From Patescibacteria group bacterium (GTDB lineage Bacteria > Patescibacteriota > Patescibacteriia > JAXHNJ01): a DNA stretch of 64,000 nt. Each line of letters opens with the position of its first letter. The first letter of the stretch is position 1. The notes beneath the pieces were generated by a model that did no database searches, was not told where the DNA came from, and saw only the letters and a list, made by a program, of their open reading frames with translations. Positions 38,737 to 48,872 of the stretch are shown here, piece after piece. The stretch covers positions 194,579 through 258,578 of the forward strand of contig JAXHNJ010000001.1 in NCBI GenBank assembly GCA_034520665.1, in the 5' to 3' direction. Made by a program: the position numbers and the translations under genes.

Positions 38737-39885
38737 ATGAATAATATTGAAAAAAAAATTCCTCTTGAAAATAAGGCTGAAACTATGAGAATACCTGAAA
38801 TTAATATTAGAGAAGAAAAGGGCGCAACGCTTTTATCAATTTTATTACGAGGCTACAATCAAGATTTTGGTAGCCACGACCATGAATTATCTCAAAGAGT
38901 AGATGAATATTTTGAACAAAATCCTCTTGACGAAAAATCAATCAAATTATTAAAAGAAATTAAAGCTCTAGAAGACGACGGCGTTGATGGGGAAACATTA
39001 TTCAACATTGTTTTAACACACGACGATGAAGACAGGGTTGAATCTTTGCTTGAATTTATTTCTAAACATAAAGAGTGCGTAAAAAAACCTGAGAAACTAA
39101 GAAATAATCTTCTGAAAGCAATCAATGATCTAGAAAATAAATTACCAGAAGCATTAAAACAAGATTTTGACAAAGCCACATCTGAAGATATCAAAATACG
39201 AGAGCAAAACATAGAAGATTCCAAACAAAGAATAAAAAAATTGATTGATTTTTTTAGGCCACAAACTAATACAACAAAAACTAAAGAAGTAGTCTTGCTC
39301 CCTACCGATTTTTTAATGTCTGAAAAATCGGGAGTCGCTTTTAATTTTGGGGATAATCTTTATATTTCTTCACATGTCGATAATCCGCATAATTTAGAGC
39401 ATGAATTCTTGCATTGCATCATTAACCCGATCGTTGATAAACTAGATAAAAAATTATCAGATGAACAAAAACAAAAAATAAGCAATCTCGCGAGTGATAA
39501 ACTAAAAGTTGAGCAAGGCTATGGGAAAGAATATTACAGTTTACTTTGCGAAGAATTCATCAGAACTTACAATGATGTTTTTCAACACGGGAAGCAACCG
39601 ATAGTTTATAATGATTTTGTTCAAAAAATTGAAAGCTTAGATGAAGAACAATTTAATTCTTTACTTTCGAAAAAAGAGAGTCTAAAAAATCGTTGCGCCC
39701 AATTGCAGATAAACACATTTGAAGATTTTAAAAACAAAAGTCAAGAATATTTTGACGCTTTTGAAAAAAATGATTTACGAGAAATCATATTTAAATTCTA
39801 CCAGGATTTCACAAAAGAAAAAGAAAAAAATCCAAATTTAGATTTTGAGGAGTTTGTTTTAAAGGAATTTAATAATAGAATATAA
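38737..39885 (+). CDS. Cassette: hypothetical HExxH protein (possible metallopeptidase)
   Basis: LEHEFLHC...EEFIRT. Confidence 0.6.
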   Translation: MNNIEKKIPLENKAETMRIPEINIREEKGATLLSILLRGYNQDFGSHDHELSQRVDEYFEQNPLDEKSIKLLKEIKALEDDGVDGETLFNIVLTHDDEDRVESLLEFISKHKECVKKPEKLRNNLLKAINDLENKLPEALKQDFDKATSEDIKIREQNIEDSKQRIKKLIDFFRPQTNTTKTKEVVLLPTDFLMSEKSGVAFNFGDNLYISSHVDNPHNLEHEFLHCIINPIVDKLDKKLSDEQKQKISNLASDKLKVEQGYGKEYYSLLCEEFIRTYNDVFQHGKQPIVYNDFVQKIESLDEEQFNSLLSKKESLKNRCAQLQINTFEDFKNKSQEYFDAFEKNDLREIIFKFYQDFTKEKEKNPNLDFEEFVLKEFNNRI

Positions 39886-39941
39886 ATAAAAATAAATTTG
39901 CCCGAATAATGCTCGCTGTCGCTCGCGAATTTAGTTACATC

Positions 39942-40035
39942 AGCTAACACGGCATATCTGGTTACGGCTTTTACAAAAGTCTCCACCCATACCTCTCGAC
40001 AAGCTCGGGGCATCAGATATACGCAAACGTTAGGC
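39942..40035 (+). repeat. attC-like site 7
   Basis: AGCTAAC-A-CGGCATATCTG...CAGATATACGC-AAAC-GTTAGGC. Confidence 0.82.
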
Positions 40036-40060
40036 AAAATTTTTCTTTAAGAAATATTTT

Positions 40061-40678
40061 ATGATAAATATAAAAGAATGTAACGAGCCATTAATTGATA
40101 TAAAAAAGTTGTGCCCAAATATCAAGATAGACCTGGGCGGGCGGCGAATAAGAAAAGAAAAAACGGCATATCTTCGAAAAACAGTGGCTGAAATGATTTT
40201 GCATGCCGAAAAGGAATTGCCCAGAGGTATGACGTTTATTATCGATGACGCATGGAGACCTCAGTATATCCAAGAGGAAATCACACAGTGGTTTATAAAA
40301 CGTTTCTCTAAAAAATATCCCAGCTGGCCTAAAAATAAAATTGTAAAAGAAGTCGAAAAATATGTTGCTCCTTCAAATGGAAAATATGCCTCTGGGCACA
40401 TGACAGGTGGTGCAGTAGATTTGAGGTTATTGAAAAATGGCAAAAAAGTTCCGATGAAAAGCTCAAAACTAATATATCAAGAAAATGCAAAATCATTTCA
40501 GCCTAAACTTCCACAATATATTCAAAAAAATAGAAATATAATGTTCACCGCTCTAAAAAAAGCTGGTTTGTCTAATTATCCGAAAGAATATTGGCATTGG
40601 TCGTATGGCGATATTTGGTGGGCAAAAAAAAACAAAAAGAAAATAGCTATCTATGGTGTGATAAAAAATATTTCTTAA
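40061..40678 (+). CDS. Cassette: M15 family D-alanyl-D-alanine dipeptidase (VanX/DdpX-like)
   Basis: DAWRP, SGHMTGGAVDL, EYWHWSYGD. Confidence 0.88.
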   Translation: MINIKECNEPLIDIKKLCPNIKIDLGGRRIRKEKTAYLRKTVAEMILHAEKELPRGMTFIIDDAWRPQYIQEEITQWFIKRFSKKYPSWPKNKIVKEVEKYVAPSNGKYASGHMTGGAVDLRLLKNGKKVPMKSSKLIYQENAKSFQPKLPQYIQKNRNIMFTALKKAGLSNYPKEYWHWSYGDIWWAKKNKKKIAIYGVIKNIS

Positions 40679-40730
40679 AGTAAAACTCAAGCCACGCTGC
40701 GCTCTCGCTCCACTCCGTTACGCTCGGGTC

Positions 40731-40793
40731 GGACAACAGCGTATATCTGCCTCCGCTACGCTCCAGAAACTTCTGATAAGCCCGATGTTAGGC
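40731..40793 (+). repeat. attC-like site 8 (short, mismatched arms)
   Basis: GGACAAC-A-GCGTATATCTG...CTGATAAGCCCGAT-GTTAGGC. Confidence 0.75.
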
Positions 40794-40818
40794 GAACCTT
40801 TGTTTGAATAAAATTTTT

Positions 40819-41550
40819 ATGTCAATATTTTTCAATAATAATAAAGAACAAAAAGAGTATATTAAGGAAAAACTTATTAAAGTATATCCCAAATTCAAAA
40901 CAGGAGGATATTTTTTTAGGCAATATTTAAAAAATTATATTAATAGCAATTCAATCATTTTAGATGCAGGTTGCGGAAGTGATGGAATAATATCAGAATT
41001 TCAGTTTATGCCGAAATTAATTATTGGCGTTGATATAAACAAAAGATTATTAGATAAAAATAAAATCGTAAATAAAAAAATAGTTTCTGATTTAGAACAC
41101 ATCCCGTTAGGCAATAATTCTGTAGATATTGTTATTTCTGAATTTGTCTTAGAGCATTTGCGTAATCCATCTACTGTTTTTAAAGAAATATCTAGAGTTC
41201 TGAAACCTAAAGGAATATTTATTTTTATTACCCCAAACATCATAAACCCTATCATGGCTTTAAGTAAAATCTTACCCCATTTTTTTCATACACTATTAAG
41301 AATTAAATTATTAAAAAAGGGAAAAGAAACGCATCCTACATATTACAGAGCAAATATTTACTTAAGGTTACTAAAATTAGGAGAAGAAACAGGATTTCAT
41401 AATTATGAAATTATAAGAGCTGGTAACCCTGAATATTTTGGATTCTGCAAGCCACTCGTGCCAATGTCAATATTTTTTGAAAAACTAATTGACAATAATT
41501 TTTTAAATATTTTTAAAATGTACCTTGTTGGTTGTTTTATAAAAAAGTAA
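40819..41550 (+). CDS. Cassette: class I SAM-dependent methyltransferase
   Basis: ILDAGCG, VLEHL, RVLKPKG; ATG at 40819 preferred over TTG at 40804. Confidence 0.85.
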   Translation: MSIFFNNNKEQKEYIKEKLIKVYPKFKTGGYFFRQYLKNYINSNSIILDAGCGSDGIISEFQFMPKLIIGVDINKRLLDKNKIVNKKIVSDLEHIPLGNNSVDIVISEFVLEHLRNPSTVFKEISRVLKPKGIFIFITPNIINPIMALSKILPHFFHTLLRIKLLKKGKETHPTYYRANIYLRLLKLGEETGFHNYEIIRAGNPEYFGFCKPLVPMSIFFEKLIDNNFLNIFKMYLVGCFIKK

Positions 41551-41639
41551 AATTTTATTCAATCAAAACTCAAGGGAACGCTGCGTTTTCATTTTAGCCT
41601 TTATTTGATAAAATAATAAGGAAGCCAAAATTAACCCTC

Positions 41640-41734
41640 GCCTAACAAGGGATAAAAAAAATTGCTCGGCTCGCAATTTTTCTAAATTTTCTCCGCTACA
41701 CTCCAGAAATTTTTCATACACGCAAACATTATAT
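41640..41734 (+). repeat. attC-like site 9 (degenerate, R' ATT)
   Basis: GCCTAAC-A-AGGGAT...CATACACGC-AAAC-ATTATAT. Confidence 0.7.
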
Positions 41735-41769
41735 GCCATTCAAAAAATCTTTTTCCTTTTTATAAGGAA

Positions 41770-41784
41770 TTTTGACAGGCTTTT
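41770..41784. repeat. Second repeat family: TTTTGACAGGCTTTT, inverse of 43241-43255 and 44536-44550
   Basis: Exact 15-bp reverse complement of AAAAGCCTGTCAAAA. Confidence 0.85.
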
Positions 41785-41999
41785 CAAAAAGGGGAATAAA
41801 TTTGTTTTTTCTTTATTAGAAAGGGGTATATGTTGTTTTCTCCCCGCCAGAGGCGGGCAGGCACCCCTAACCCCCGCCCGCCTCGCTACGCGAAGCGTTG
41901 CGGGCAGGCCTCTGCCCAAAATTCAAAACAGAAAAAATCAAATTTTAAGAAAGAAAGCCCATCTAATACTAAGAGGAGGTATATGTTTATATACATTTG

Positions 42000-42028
42000 T
42001 TGACAGAATGTATACAAACATATATACT
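42000..42028 (+). promoter_or_regulatory. Fic gene promoter overlapped by TGTATACA-type palindromes
   Basis: TTGACA-17-TATACT; TGTATACA twice and TGTAAACA once within 42009-42058. Confidence 0.65.
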
Positions 42029-42061
42029 TTGTATACATTGTAATAAAGATGTAAACAAACC

Positions 42062-43210
42062 ATGAAAAATGCTAAAATTGGCCAAAATATAGAACAAAAA
42101 AAGGGCTTTAAAGCTTTTACTCCCAATCCTTTTCCACCAAAGGAAGGTTTTAGTTTTGAGCCAAAAATCTTGAAAAAGAACAATGAAGCCACTAGATTAC
42201 TCGGCAAGCTTGATGGTATTACTAAATTATTGTCTGATTCGGATTTTTTTCTTCTGATGTATTTGCGAAAAGATGCAGCTTCTTCAAGTCAAATCGAGGG
42301 AACTATGGCAACAATGATTGATGCCATTGAGGCGGAAGTAAAAATAAATACAAATATACCTGAAGATGTTGATGATATTTTGCATTATATCAAAGCTCTT
42401 AATTATGGGTTGAAGCGGGTAACAACGGATAATTTTCCTATGGCGCTTAGATTTATCCGTGAATTGCATAAACAGTTGATGCACAAAGCTCGGGCAAATC
42501 ATTTTTCTGATCCCGGCGAATTTCGCAAAAGTCAAAATTGGATTGGTGGCACAAGGCCGGATAATGCCAGATTTGTTCCTCCGGCTGTTCATGATATGCA
42601 TAATGCACTTAGCGATTTAGAAAAATTTATACATTCAGATGACTCTGTTCCGACTATAATCAAAGCCGGATTAATTCACGCTCAATTCGAAACAATTCAC
42701 CCATTTTTAGATGGAAACGGAAGAACAGGAAGAATGTTAATCACTTTTTATTTGTGGAAAGAAGGTTATTTAGAAAAACCAATTTTGTTTTTATCGTCTT
42801 TTTTTAAAAAACACCAAAAACTGTATTACGAAAAACTATTCGGTTATCACCATGGCAAGGTAAACGATTGGATTGATTTTTTCCTGGATGGCGTTATTGA
42901 AATAGCCCATGAAGCTATTGATATAGTAGACAAAATTACTATTCTGAGACAAAAAGATTTGATGAAAATTCAGAAACTTGGAAAGCGCGCCTCCGAAAGT
43001 GCGACAATTGTCTTGTCTGAACTTTACGAACAACCAATTGTAAATGTTAAAGTTATCCAAAATTGGACGGGTTTTACCCGCGCCGGTGCGCAAACAGTTA
43101 TTGATAGATTTATTAAAATGGGAATTTTATCACCAAAAGACAAAGACAAAAAATATGGACAATCCTATATTTATAAAGATTACGTTGAACTTTTTAACAA
43201 CAGAAATTAA
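42062..43210 (+). CDS. Fic family protein (N-terminal DUF4172-type region, C-terminal HTH)
   Basis: SSQIEGT and HPFLDGNGRTGR motifs. Confidence 0.93.
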   Translation: MKNAKIGQNIEQKKGFKAFTPNPFPPKEGFSFEPKILKKNNEATRLLGKLDGITKLLSDSDFFLLMYLRKDAASSSQIEGTMATMIDAIEAEVKINTNIPEDVDDILHYIKALNYGLKRVTTDNFPMALRFIRELHKQLMHKARANHFSDPGEFRKSQNWIGGTRPDNARFVPPAVHDMHNALSDLEKFIHSDDSVPTIIKAGLIHAQFETIHPFLDGNGRTGRMLITFYLWKEGYLEKPILFLSSFFKKHQKLYYEKLFGYHHGKVNDWIDFFLDGVIEIAHEAIDIVDKITILRQKDLMKIQKLGKRASESATIVLSELYEQPIVNVKVIQNWTGFTRAGAQTVIDRFIKMGILSPKDKDKKYGQSYIYKDYVELFNNRN

Positions 43211-43237
43211 AACAAAAAACAAATTTATGATTATTGA

Positions 43238-43299
43238 ATAAAAAGCCTGTCAAAATGAAATTTAATTAAAAATGATAGGCTTTCAAAAGGAATAAATTT
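43238..43299 (+). repeat. ~60-bp direct repeat (copy at 44533-44595) with AGCCTGTCA...TGATAGGCT dyad
   Basis: ATAAAAAGCCTGTCAAAATGAAATT.AAT.AAAAATGATAGGCTTTCAAAA in both copies. Confidence 0.88.
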
Positions 43300-43329
43300 A
43301 TATATTATATTTAATTTAAAATCTATATT

Positions 43330-44481
43330 ATGAAAAAGAAAACAACAATTACAGTTTTAATAATTGTCATATTAGGATTTATTTTTTTCTTGTTTGGTAA
43401 AAAATTAGATCCCAGGGGCGTACCCCAAAATCTTAACCAGGAAGAAAAAAAAGATTGGCTTGCAGAAAAACTCTATGAGTCTATGTATACCAGAAAACCT
43501 ATTGATATTGGTTACGAGGAACCTTCACAAGAAGATATTCAAAGCAAAAAACAAAAAACCGATTTAACTAAAAAATATCCATCAAAAATAAATGCCTTGT
43601 TTGAGTTAGGAACAAATACAGCTACTTTGTTTTATTTTAGTGATGAATTAAAAGATTTAGGAGTTAATACATATTTTGTTCAAGCAGAAACTAGAATTGA
43701 AAATGGGGAATTAAAAATTTTTCAGCCTTGTTATTCTAAAAAATGTATCCTCTCTCAAGAGGAAGCCGAGCGTGTTGTTATAGACAGAATGTTGATGGCC
43801 AAGCAAGAAGGTTTTAGTGTGGGCTTTGTGCCTGACTTGCCTGATGCTTTTGAGGTTGGAAGAGAAAATTATAATATTGATGAATTAAATCCCCGATTCA
43901 AAGAGATGATTCTAAAATGGGCGGAAATTGCCGAAGAATATGGTGTTGAATATTTCGTTCCGATTAATGAGTATGAGACTCTCTTATATACTAATGGATA
44001 TACTATTGAGAAAGTTTACCAATATACAAATAATTTCTATGATGATTTAATTCCAAAAATTAGAAAAATTTATAATGGTAAAATAATTATTAAAAGCGGC
44101 GCTTTAGATAGTTGGAGTAATCAAAAAGGCATATCTAGAAAAAAGGCAGATTTATTTGGCTTGGGAAATTGGCATGCTGGTACAGCAGATGAAATCAAAG
44201 AAAGTACTCAAAAAATGGTAGAAGTGGCTGATGAAATTTCTGTAAGAGATAATCTTCCTTGGCTTGTTACTGAATATTATGTGGCAACGCAAGAAGATGT
44301 TGAAGAATCTTTTGGTCAAGAAGGAATTGTTCTTCCAATGAAAGAGGCTTATGAAGCGGGTCTATCTGAACTCAAAAAATCTGAAGAAAATATTGGTTTC
44401 ACTTTTACCGGCTATATTGGCAGGGGCAAAATAAGAGGTACTGAAGCCGTCTCGGTTTTGAAGAATTATTTTAATAAATAG
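43330..44481 (+). CDS. Membrane-anchored TIM-barrel glycoside hydrolase-like protein (GH-A/GH113-like)
   Basis: N-terminal TM; WAEIAEE.GVEYF.P.NE and VTEY Glu motifs. Confidence 0.55.
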   Translation: MKKKTTITVLIIVILGFIFFLFGKKLDPRGVPQNLNQEEKKDWLAEKLYESMYTRKPIDIGYEEPSQEDIQSKKQKTDLTKKYPSKINALFELGTNTATLFYFSDELKDLGVNTYFVQAETRIENGELKIFQPCYSKKCILSQEEAERVVIDRMLMAKQEGFSVGFVPDLPDAFEVGRENYNIDELNPRFKEMILKWAEIAEEYGVEYFVPINEYETLLYTNGYTIEKVYQYTNNFYDDLIPKIRKIYNGKIIIKSGALDSWSNQKGISRKKADLFGLGNWHAGTADEIKESTQKMVEVADEISVRDNLPWLVTEYYVATQEDVEESFGQEGIVLPMKEAYEAGLSELKKSEENIGFTFTGYIGRGKIRGTEAVSVLKNYFNK

Positions 44482-44771
44482 TTAAAAGAAATAATTAAAA
44501 TCTTTTTCTTTTAAGCAAATATCTCTAATTAAATAAAAAGCCTGTCAAAATGAAATTGAATGAAAAATGATAGGCTTTCAAAAAGGATTAAATTTGATTT
44601 TTTCTTTATTAGAAAGGGGTATCCGCCTTTGCTAATCTCCTTCGTTAAAACTTTGGTGGTCAAGAAGCTACGGCGGACAAGTAAGGTGTTTTCTCCCCCG
44701 CTAACAGGCGGAACAGGCGCTTTACTCCGAAAACGAATTACTTATAAAATTTTAATTTTTAATAAAATATT

Positions 44772-45845
44772 ATGAAAAAACAACTAACAATTATTGGAAT
44801 CGGAATTGTCGTAATAATAATGGCATTTTTTACTTGGCATTATTTTTCTCAAACAAACAATATTCCAAATCAATCGCATGTTATTCAAGATACAAAAAGT
44901 AATATTTCTGGAAATTACCTCGGAAGTTATTATAAAGAAAATTATGTCTGGGGCGGAGCTATGAATTTAGCTTGGAACGATTTGAATGAAAATATATTGC
45001 ATGAAAAGTTACAATTGAATACTGATGATAAAGTTGCCTTGGAAATGGTATCAAAATTAAATGACGCTCCCTTTTCTAAAAGTGATTTAGATGAAGAAAG
45101 TTATTATGTAAAAAGTGGCTATGGACAAAGCACGGTTGATGAAATTAATCGTGAATCAAGAAAGAAATTTCCATCAAAAAGTTTTGGTGATTTAAAAATG
45201 AGCTTAGATCCAACGGATATTATTTCCTATGCCTACTTTTTGAAAGAAGTAGAATATAAAACAAAATTTGAAAAGGACGATCTTTCATTTAACGGACAAA
45301 AAGTAGCAGGGTTTATTGCAGATAACGAAGCCCAAAAAGAAAATATAAAAATTATTAAGTATGATGACGATGATAAGTTTATTATCAGATTACAATTAAA
45401 AGACAAAAACGATGAACTGATTTTAGCCAAAGGATATGATATGAAAAATCCACAAGCGATTGTCGATGAAATAAATCAAAATAATAAAGGTTATCTTGCA
45501 ACTATTGGAGGATCTGATCGTTTTAAAGCTCCAAAATTACACCTTGATTATCATAGAGATTATATTGAATTAATTGAAAAGTATTTAGCCAATAAAGAAT
45601 TTGAAGAATATTATATCGCTCAAATGTTTGAAAACATTAAATTTGATATGGATGAAAAAGGAGCAAAAGTTGAGAATGAGGGCGTGATAGCAATGCTACC
45701 TACATCAGCTGGACCAAGTAAAAAACCAAAAATTAAAAACTTTATTTTAGATAAACCATATTGGGTGGTAATGAAAAGAGCTGATTCTCAAAATCCATAC
45801 TTTATTTTGGGAGTAAATAATGTAGAGTTAATGGAAACAAAATAA
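44772..45845 (+). CDS. Membrane-anchored hypothetical protein with serpin-like C-terminus
   Basis: N-terminal TM; FDMDEKGAKV...FILDKPYWVV resembles the serpin hinge and signature. Confidence 0.5.
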   Translation: MKKQLTIIGIGIVVIIMAFFTWHYFSQTNNIPNQSHVIQDTKSNISGNYLGSYYKENYVWGGAMNLAWNDLNENILHEKLQLNTDDKVALEMVSKLNDAPFSKSDLDEESYYVKSGYGQSTVDEINRESRKKFPSKSFGDLKMSLDPTDIISYAYFLKEVEYKTKFEKDDLSFNGQKVAGFIADNEAQKENIKIIKYDDDDKFIIRLQLKDKNDELILAKGYDMKNPQAIVDEINQNNKGYLATIGGSDRFKAPKLHLDYHRDYIELIEKYLANKEFEEYYIAQMFENIKFDMDEKGAKVENEGVIAMLPTSAGPSKKPKIKNFILDKPYWVVMKRADSQNPYFILGVNNVELMETK

Positions 45846-46017
45846 GGAGTTTTGGATTTTAGGCATTCCTGCCTACAGGCAAAACAGACGTGGAGTTTAT
45901 CCACGCATTTGATGTGGAGTTTTAAAAAACTTCTCCAAAACCTGATATTATGGTAATATTATGGGGTGATTTTGTTTAGAAAAATTTATTAATATCAATT
46001 AATCTTTTTATTTTAAT

Positions 46018-46350
46018 ATGAAAACTAAACTGAAAATTGGAATAATCGCCTTATCAATTATAGTTATTGTTTCAGGTGGATGGGTTATTCTAAATAATAC
46101 ACAAGAAGAATATACAACAGTAAATTATAATAGTAATACACAAGAAGAATCTACCAGAGGAAAATATGATGACAACATATATTACTGTGTGAATGATGAT
46201 GATTGTAAGATGTGGTGGGGGCCTGACCATTGTGGTTGCGGTAACAAGTATTACGAATATCCTGAAGAAATAAGAAATAGGCGCCCCAGTTTAGTTTGTG
46301 AGGGAGATCCTAGTTATGAATGTAAATGCATAGAAAACAAATGCCAGTAA
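46018..46350 (+). CDS. Small membrane-anchored Cys-rich protein
   Basis: N-terminal TM, duplicated NTQEE, C..DDDC...C.C....C knot. Confidence 0.7.
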   Translation: MKTKLKIGIIALSIIVIVSGGWVILNNTQEEYTTVNYNSNTQEESTRGKYDDNIYYCVNDDDCKMWWGPDHCGCGNKYYEYPEEIRNRRPSLVCEGDPSYECKCIENKCQ

Positions 46351-46470
46351 GTATTATAACGCAAAATTGCTTGCCTCATACTGCCGCTTTTTTTTCATTC
46401 CACTCCACGGACGTCATATAATAAGAGAGATATACAGTTCGCCCCTCGACAAGCTCAGGGTCGTCGGGGC

Positions 46471-46526
46471 GTATAACACAGCGTATGCGGTTCGGGACTC
46501 GGCTCGCCCCTCACCCATATTTTGCT
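46471..46526 (+). repeat. Truncated attC-like site (left half only)
   Basis: AACACAGCGTATGCGGTTCGGGACTCGGCTCGCCCCTCACCCATATTTTGCT is near-identical to the 53466-53519 left half. Confidence 0.75.
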
Positions 46527-46596
46527 CTAAAATGCATAATATAATTTATCTAATTATTTAATATTACGCGGACCTGGACAAAAATAATAAAACTAT

Positions 46597-46953
46597 ATGA
46601 AGCGTAAAATCAAAGGAGGAATTTTAGCCATAATTGGCTATGCACTTTCACCAATATCATGGTGGAATGATTTATTTGTAAATATTCCCCTGGCCTATGT
46701 TTTTGCTTTACCGTTTGGATATTTTTCAAAAGAACTATTTTTACCGGCCATGATATTGGGTTACTGGGTAACTAATGTAATTGGATTGATGATGTTGCAT
46801 CATGGAGTTAAAGATGTTTTTTCAAAAGAAAAAGAAAAATATACAAAAAAAGATCTGGTAAAAGATATCATTATTTCAATTTTGTACACGGGAATAGTTG
46901 TAGTATTTGTATTAATGGGCTGGCTAAAACACCCTACAGAATATTTTAACTAA
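46597..46953 (+). CDS. Small membrane protein (probable degenerate cassette)
   Basis: LSPISWWNDLFVNIPLA, 3-4 TM; followed by a TCATATAACAGCC remnant. Confidence 0.75.
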   Translation: MKRKIKGGILAIIGYALSPISWWNDLFVNIPLAYVFALPFGYFSKELFLPAMILGYWVTNVIGLMMLHHGVKDVFSKEKEKYTKKDLVKDIIISILYTGIVVVFVLMGWLKHPTEYFN

Positions 46954-47158
46954 GTTTAAGTTTTGCCTTATATTCTCGGTCGCTTGGCTTTAATTTACTA
47001 TATAAGCTCTTCATATAACAGCCATTAAGCCCCATCTCAAAAATATTTATTTAAAAAAAAGCCATTGGCTTTTTTTTTAATTCTTGACAAATCACCAAAA
47101 AAGTGATTAGTTATAAGGAAAGTTCTTTAACAAAAAACCAAAAACGAAAGGAAGAAAA

Positions 47159-48814
47159 ATGAAACTGGAGACAAGACCGGCCATTGACGGAATTATGGAT
47201 TCGTTTATTGAGATTCTTCGGCTAGCAGCGCCTAAGGATTTAAAAATTGTGGCTATTACCTTGCGGGTTTTTGACTCTGAATACAATAATTTAGCGCTTT
47301 TTGGCAAAACTGGTTTAAAGCATCCACAAAAAAGAAGAAGGGTAGTGCCTCTGAAAGGAACAGTATCCGGTCATCTTTATCAAGTTGGCGGATGCGAGTG
47401 TGTCAGTGTCGAAGATAAAGACTGGTTTAACCATCATGACCGTCAGTTAGCCAAAGAAGAAGGCTATGGCTATATGTTAGCTATGGAGCTTTCCCATTTA
47501 GGGCGCAGTATTGGCACAGTCCAGGTTTACACGGTTAATAATCCGAGGTCATACCCAGAAGAAAAGATAGGCCAGTTAATGAATTTGGTGAAAGAGATAT
47601 CTTCCAAGTTTGTTATTAGCTATTTTGAAGATGAACTATTGATAAAAATCCAGGAAGAATTAACCGGGACCAATCCACGAGGCAGTTTTTATCACATCTG
47701 CGCTATTATGGCTGAGCTTTTTAACAGTCAGGGTGTGGTCATTTACTACCGTTCGGGAAAAAACGAGGTTAAGCTTATTGCTGGTTATGCCGGAAAAAAC
47801 ATTCCTGAACATGGCATTGGAGAAAGATTTAGAATTAGTACCGATGCTAATGATAATCTAGGGTACCTTAATGAGGTATTGAAAAGTAAGAAGACAATGG
47901 TTTTTCAGGGTACTGATGAAAGACTGAAAACAATAAATGAAATTATGTATTTTCAGCATACCCAGTCAATCTTAGTGGCTCCAATTATTGTAGAATCTTT
48001 TATTCAAGGTTTTATGGTGATCAACCAGAGCCTAAATCGACCGCCTTTTGATGAAAAAGAAATGAAACTGATCGATCGCATCGCTCTGAAAGTATCACAA
48101 TCGTTGAGTATGATCAGGCTGCAAAAAGAAAACGCGGCCTGTCAGGCGGCTAATGTTAGCTCGTCATTACTGGCTGAAATAAGGCATAATCTGCTTAACC
48201 CTTTAATTCCGATTTTCAATCAGACTAAGAGTCTACTTGATTCAGAAAGATTACCGGACGATTTAAGGCAATGCGCCGAGGGTATTTTACAGGAGGCCAA
48301 AAATTTGGATAAACGACTACGAGACTTGGAAGATCTATATTGTAATGACAACCGAGTGGCTATGAGTTGGATTAATTTAGTTTCCTTGCTAGAGAAAAAA
48401 GTAGAATCATGGAGAACCATATGTGAAGAAAGGGGCTTTCAATTATTTTTTGACAAAAGGGTAAAAAATATCCTTCGCAACGCTAATAGTCAATTACTGG
48501 AAATTGCTCTGGAGAATCTTTTTAATAATGCTATTGAAGCCACTTCTCAAAAAGGCAGCCGGATAGAGGTTACCATAAGAAGATCAAAAAGGTATAATCC
48601 GGTAATTACCATGACTAACCCGGGTGAAATTCCGGTTGATAAGATGCCGAAAATTTTTCAGCGTGGCTTTAGCACAAAAGATGAAGGCAGTGGCCAGGGT
48701 CTGACTATTGCTAAAAAATACGTAGCTATGCACGGCGGAGAAATTGCTTGTGAATCTAGCCATGGCAAAACCACTTTCCTAATAGTTCTTTTTGGTCATC
48801 AGCAAAAAAATTAA
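47159..48814 (+). CDS. Cytoplasmic GAF-GAF sensor histidine kinase
   Basis: Two GAF-like regions, HNLLNPL H-box, NLFNNA N-box, FSTK..GSGQGL G-box. Confidence 0.85.
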   Translation: MKLETRPAIDGIMDSFIEILRLAAPKDLKIVAITLRVFDSEYNNLALFGKTGLKHPQKRRRVVPLKGTVSGHLYQVGGCECVSVEDKDWFNHHDRQLAKEEGYGYMLAMELSHLGRSIGTVQVYTVNNPRSYPEEKIGQLMNLVKEISSKFVISYFEDELLIKIQEELTGTNPRGSFYHICAIMAELFNSQGVVIYYRSGKNEVKLIAGYAGKNIPEHGIGERFRISTDANDNLGYLNEVLKSKKTMVFQGTDERLKTINEIMYFQHTQSILVAPIIVESFIQGFMVINQSLNRPPFDEKEMKLIDRIALKVSQSLSMIRLQKENAACQAANVSSSLLAEIRHNLLNPLIPIFNQTKSLLDSERLPDDLRQCAEGILQEAKNLDKRLRDLEDLYCNDNRVAMSWINLVSLLEKKVESWRTICEERGFQLFFDKRVKNILRNANSQLLEIALENLFNNAIEATSQKGSRIEVTIRRSKRYNPVITMTNPGEIPVDKMPKIFQRGFSTKDEGSGQGLTIAKKYVAMHGGEIACESSHGKTTFLIVLFGHQQKN

Positions 48815-48839
48815 AAGGAGGAATAAGCTCTATTAATGG

Positions 48840-48872
48840 CCGCCTTGTTATTTTAGACAAGGCGGTTTTTTT
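48840..48872 (+). terminator. Intrinsic terminator
   Basis: CCGCCTTGT...ACAAGGCGG followed by a T-run. Confidence 0.8.

Larger units (their letters stand above)
32530..47025 (+). mobile_element. Integron-like cassette array 1 (at least 9 intact cassettes, degenerating distally; no integrase)
   Basis: Co-oriented unrelated ORFs separated by AAC...GTT hairpin sites downstream of an attI-like platform. Confidence 0.85.
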
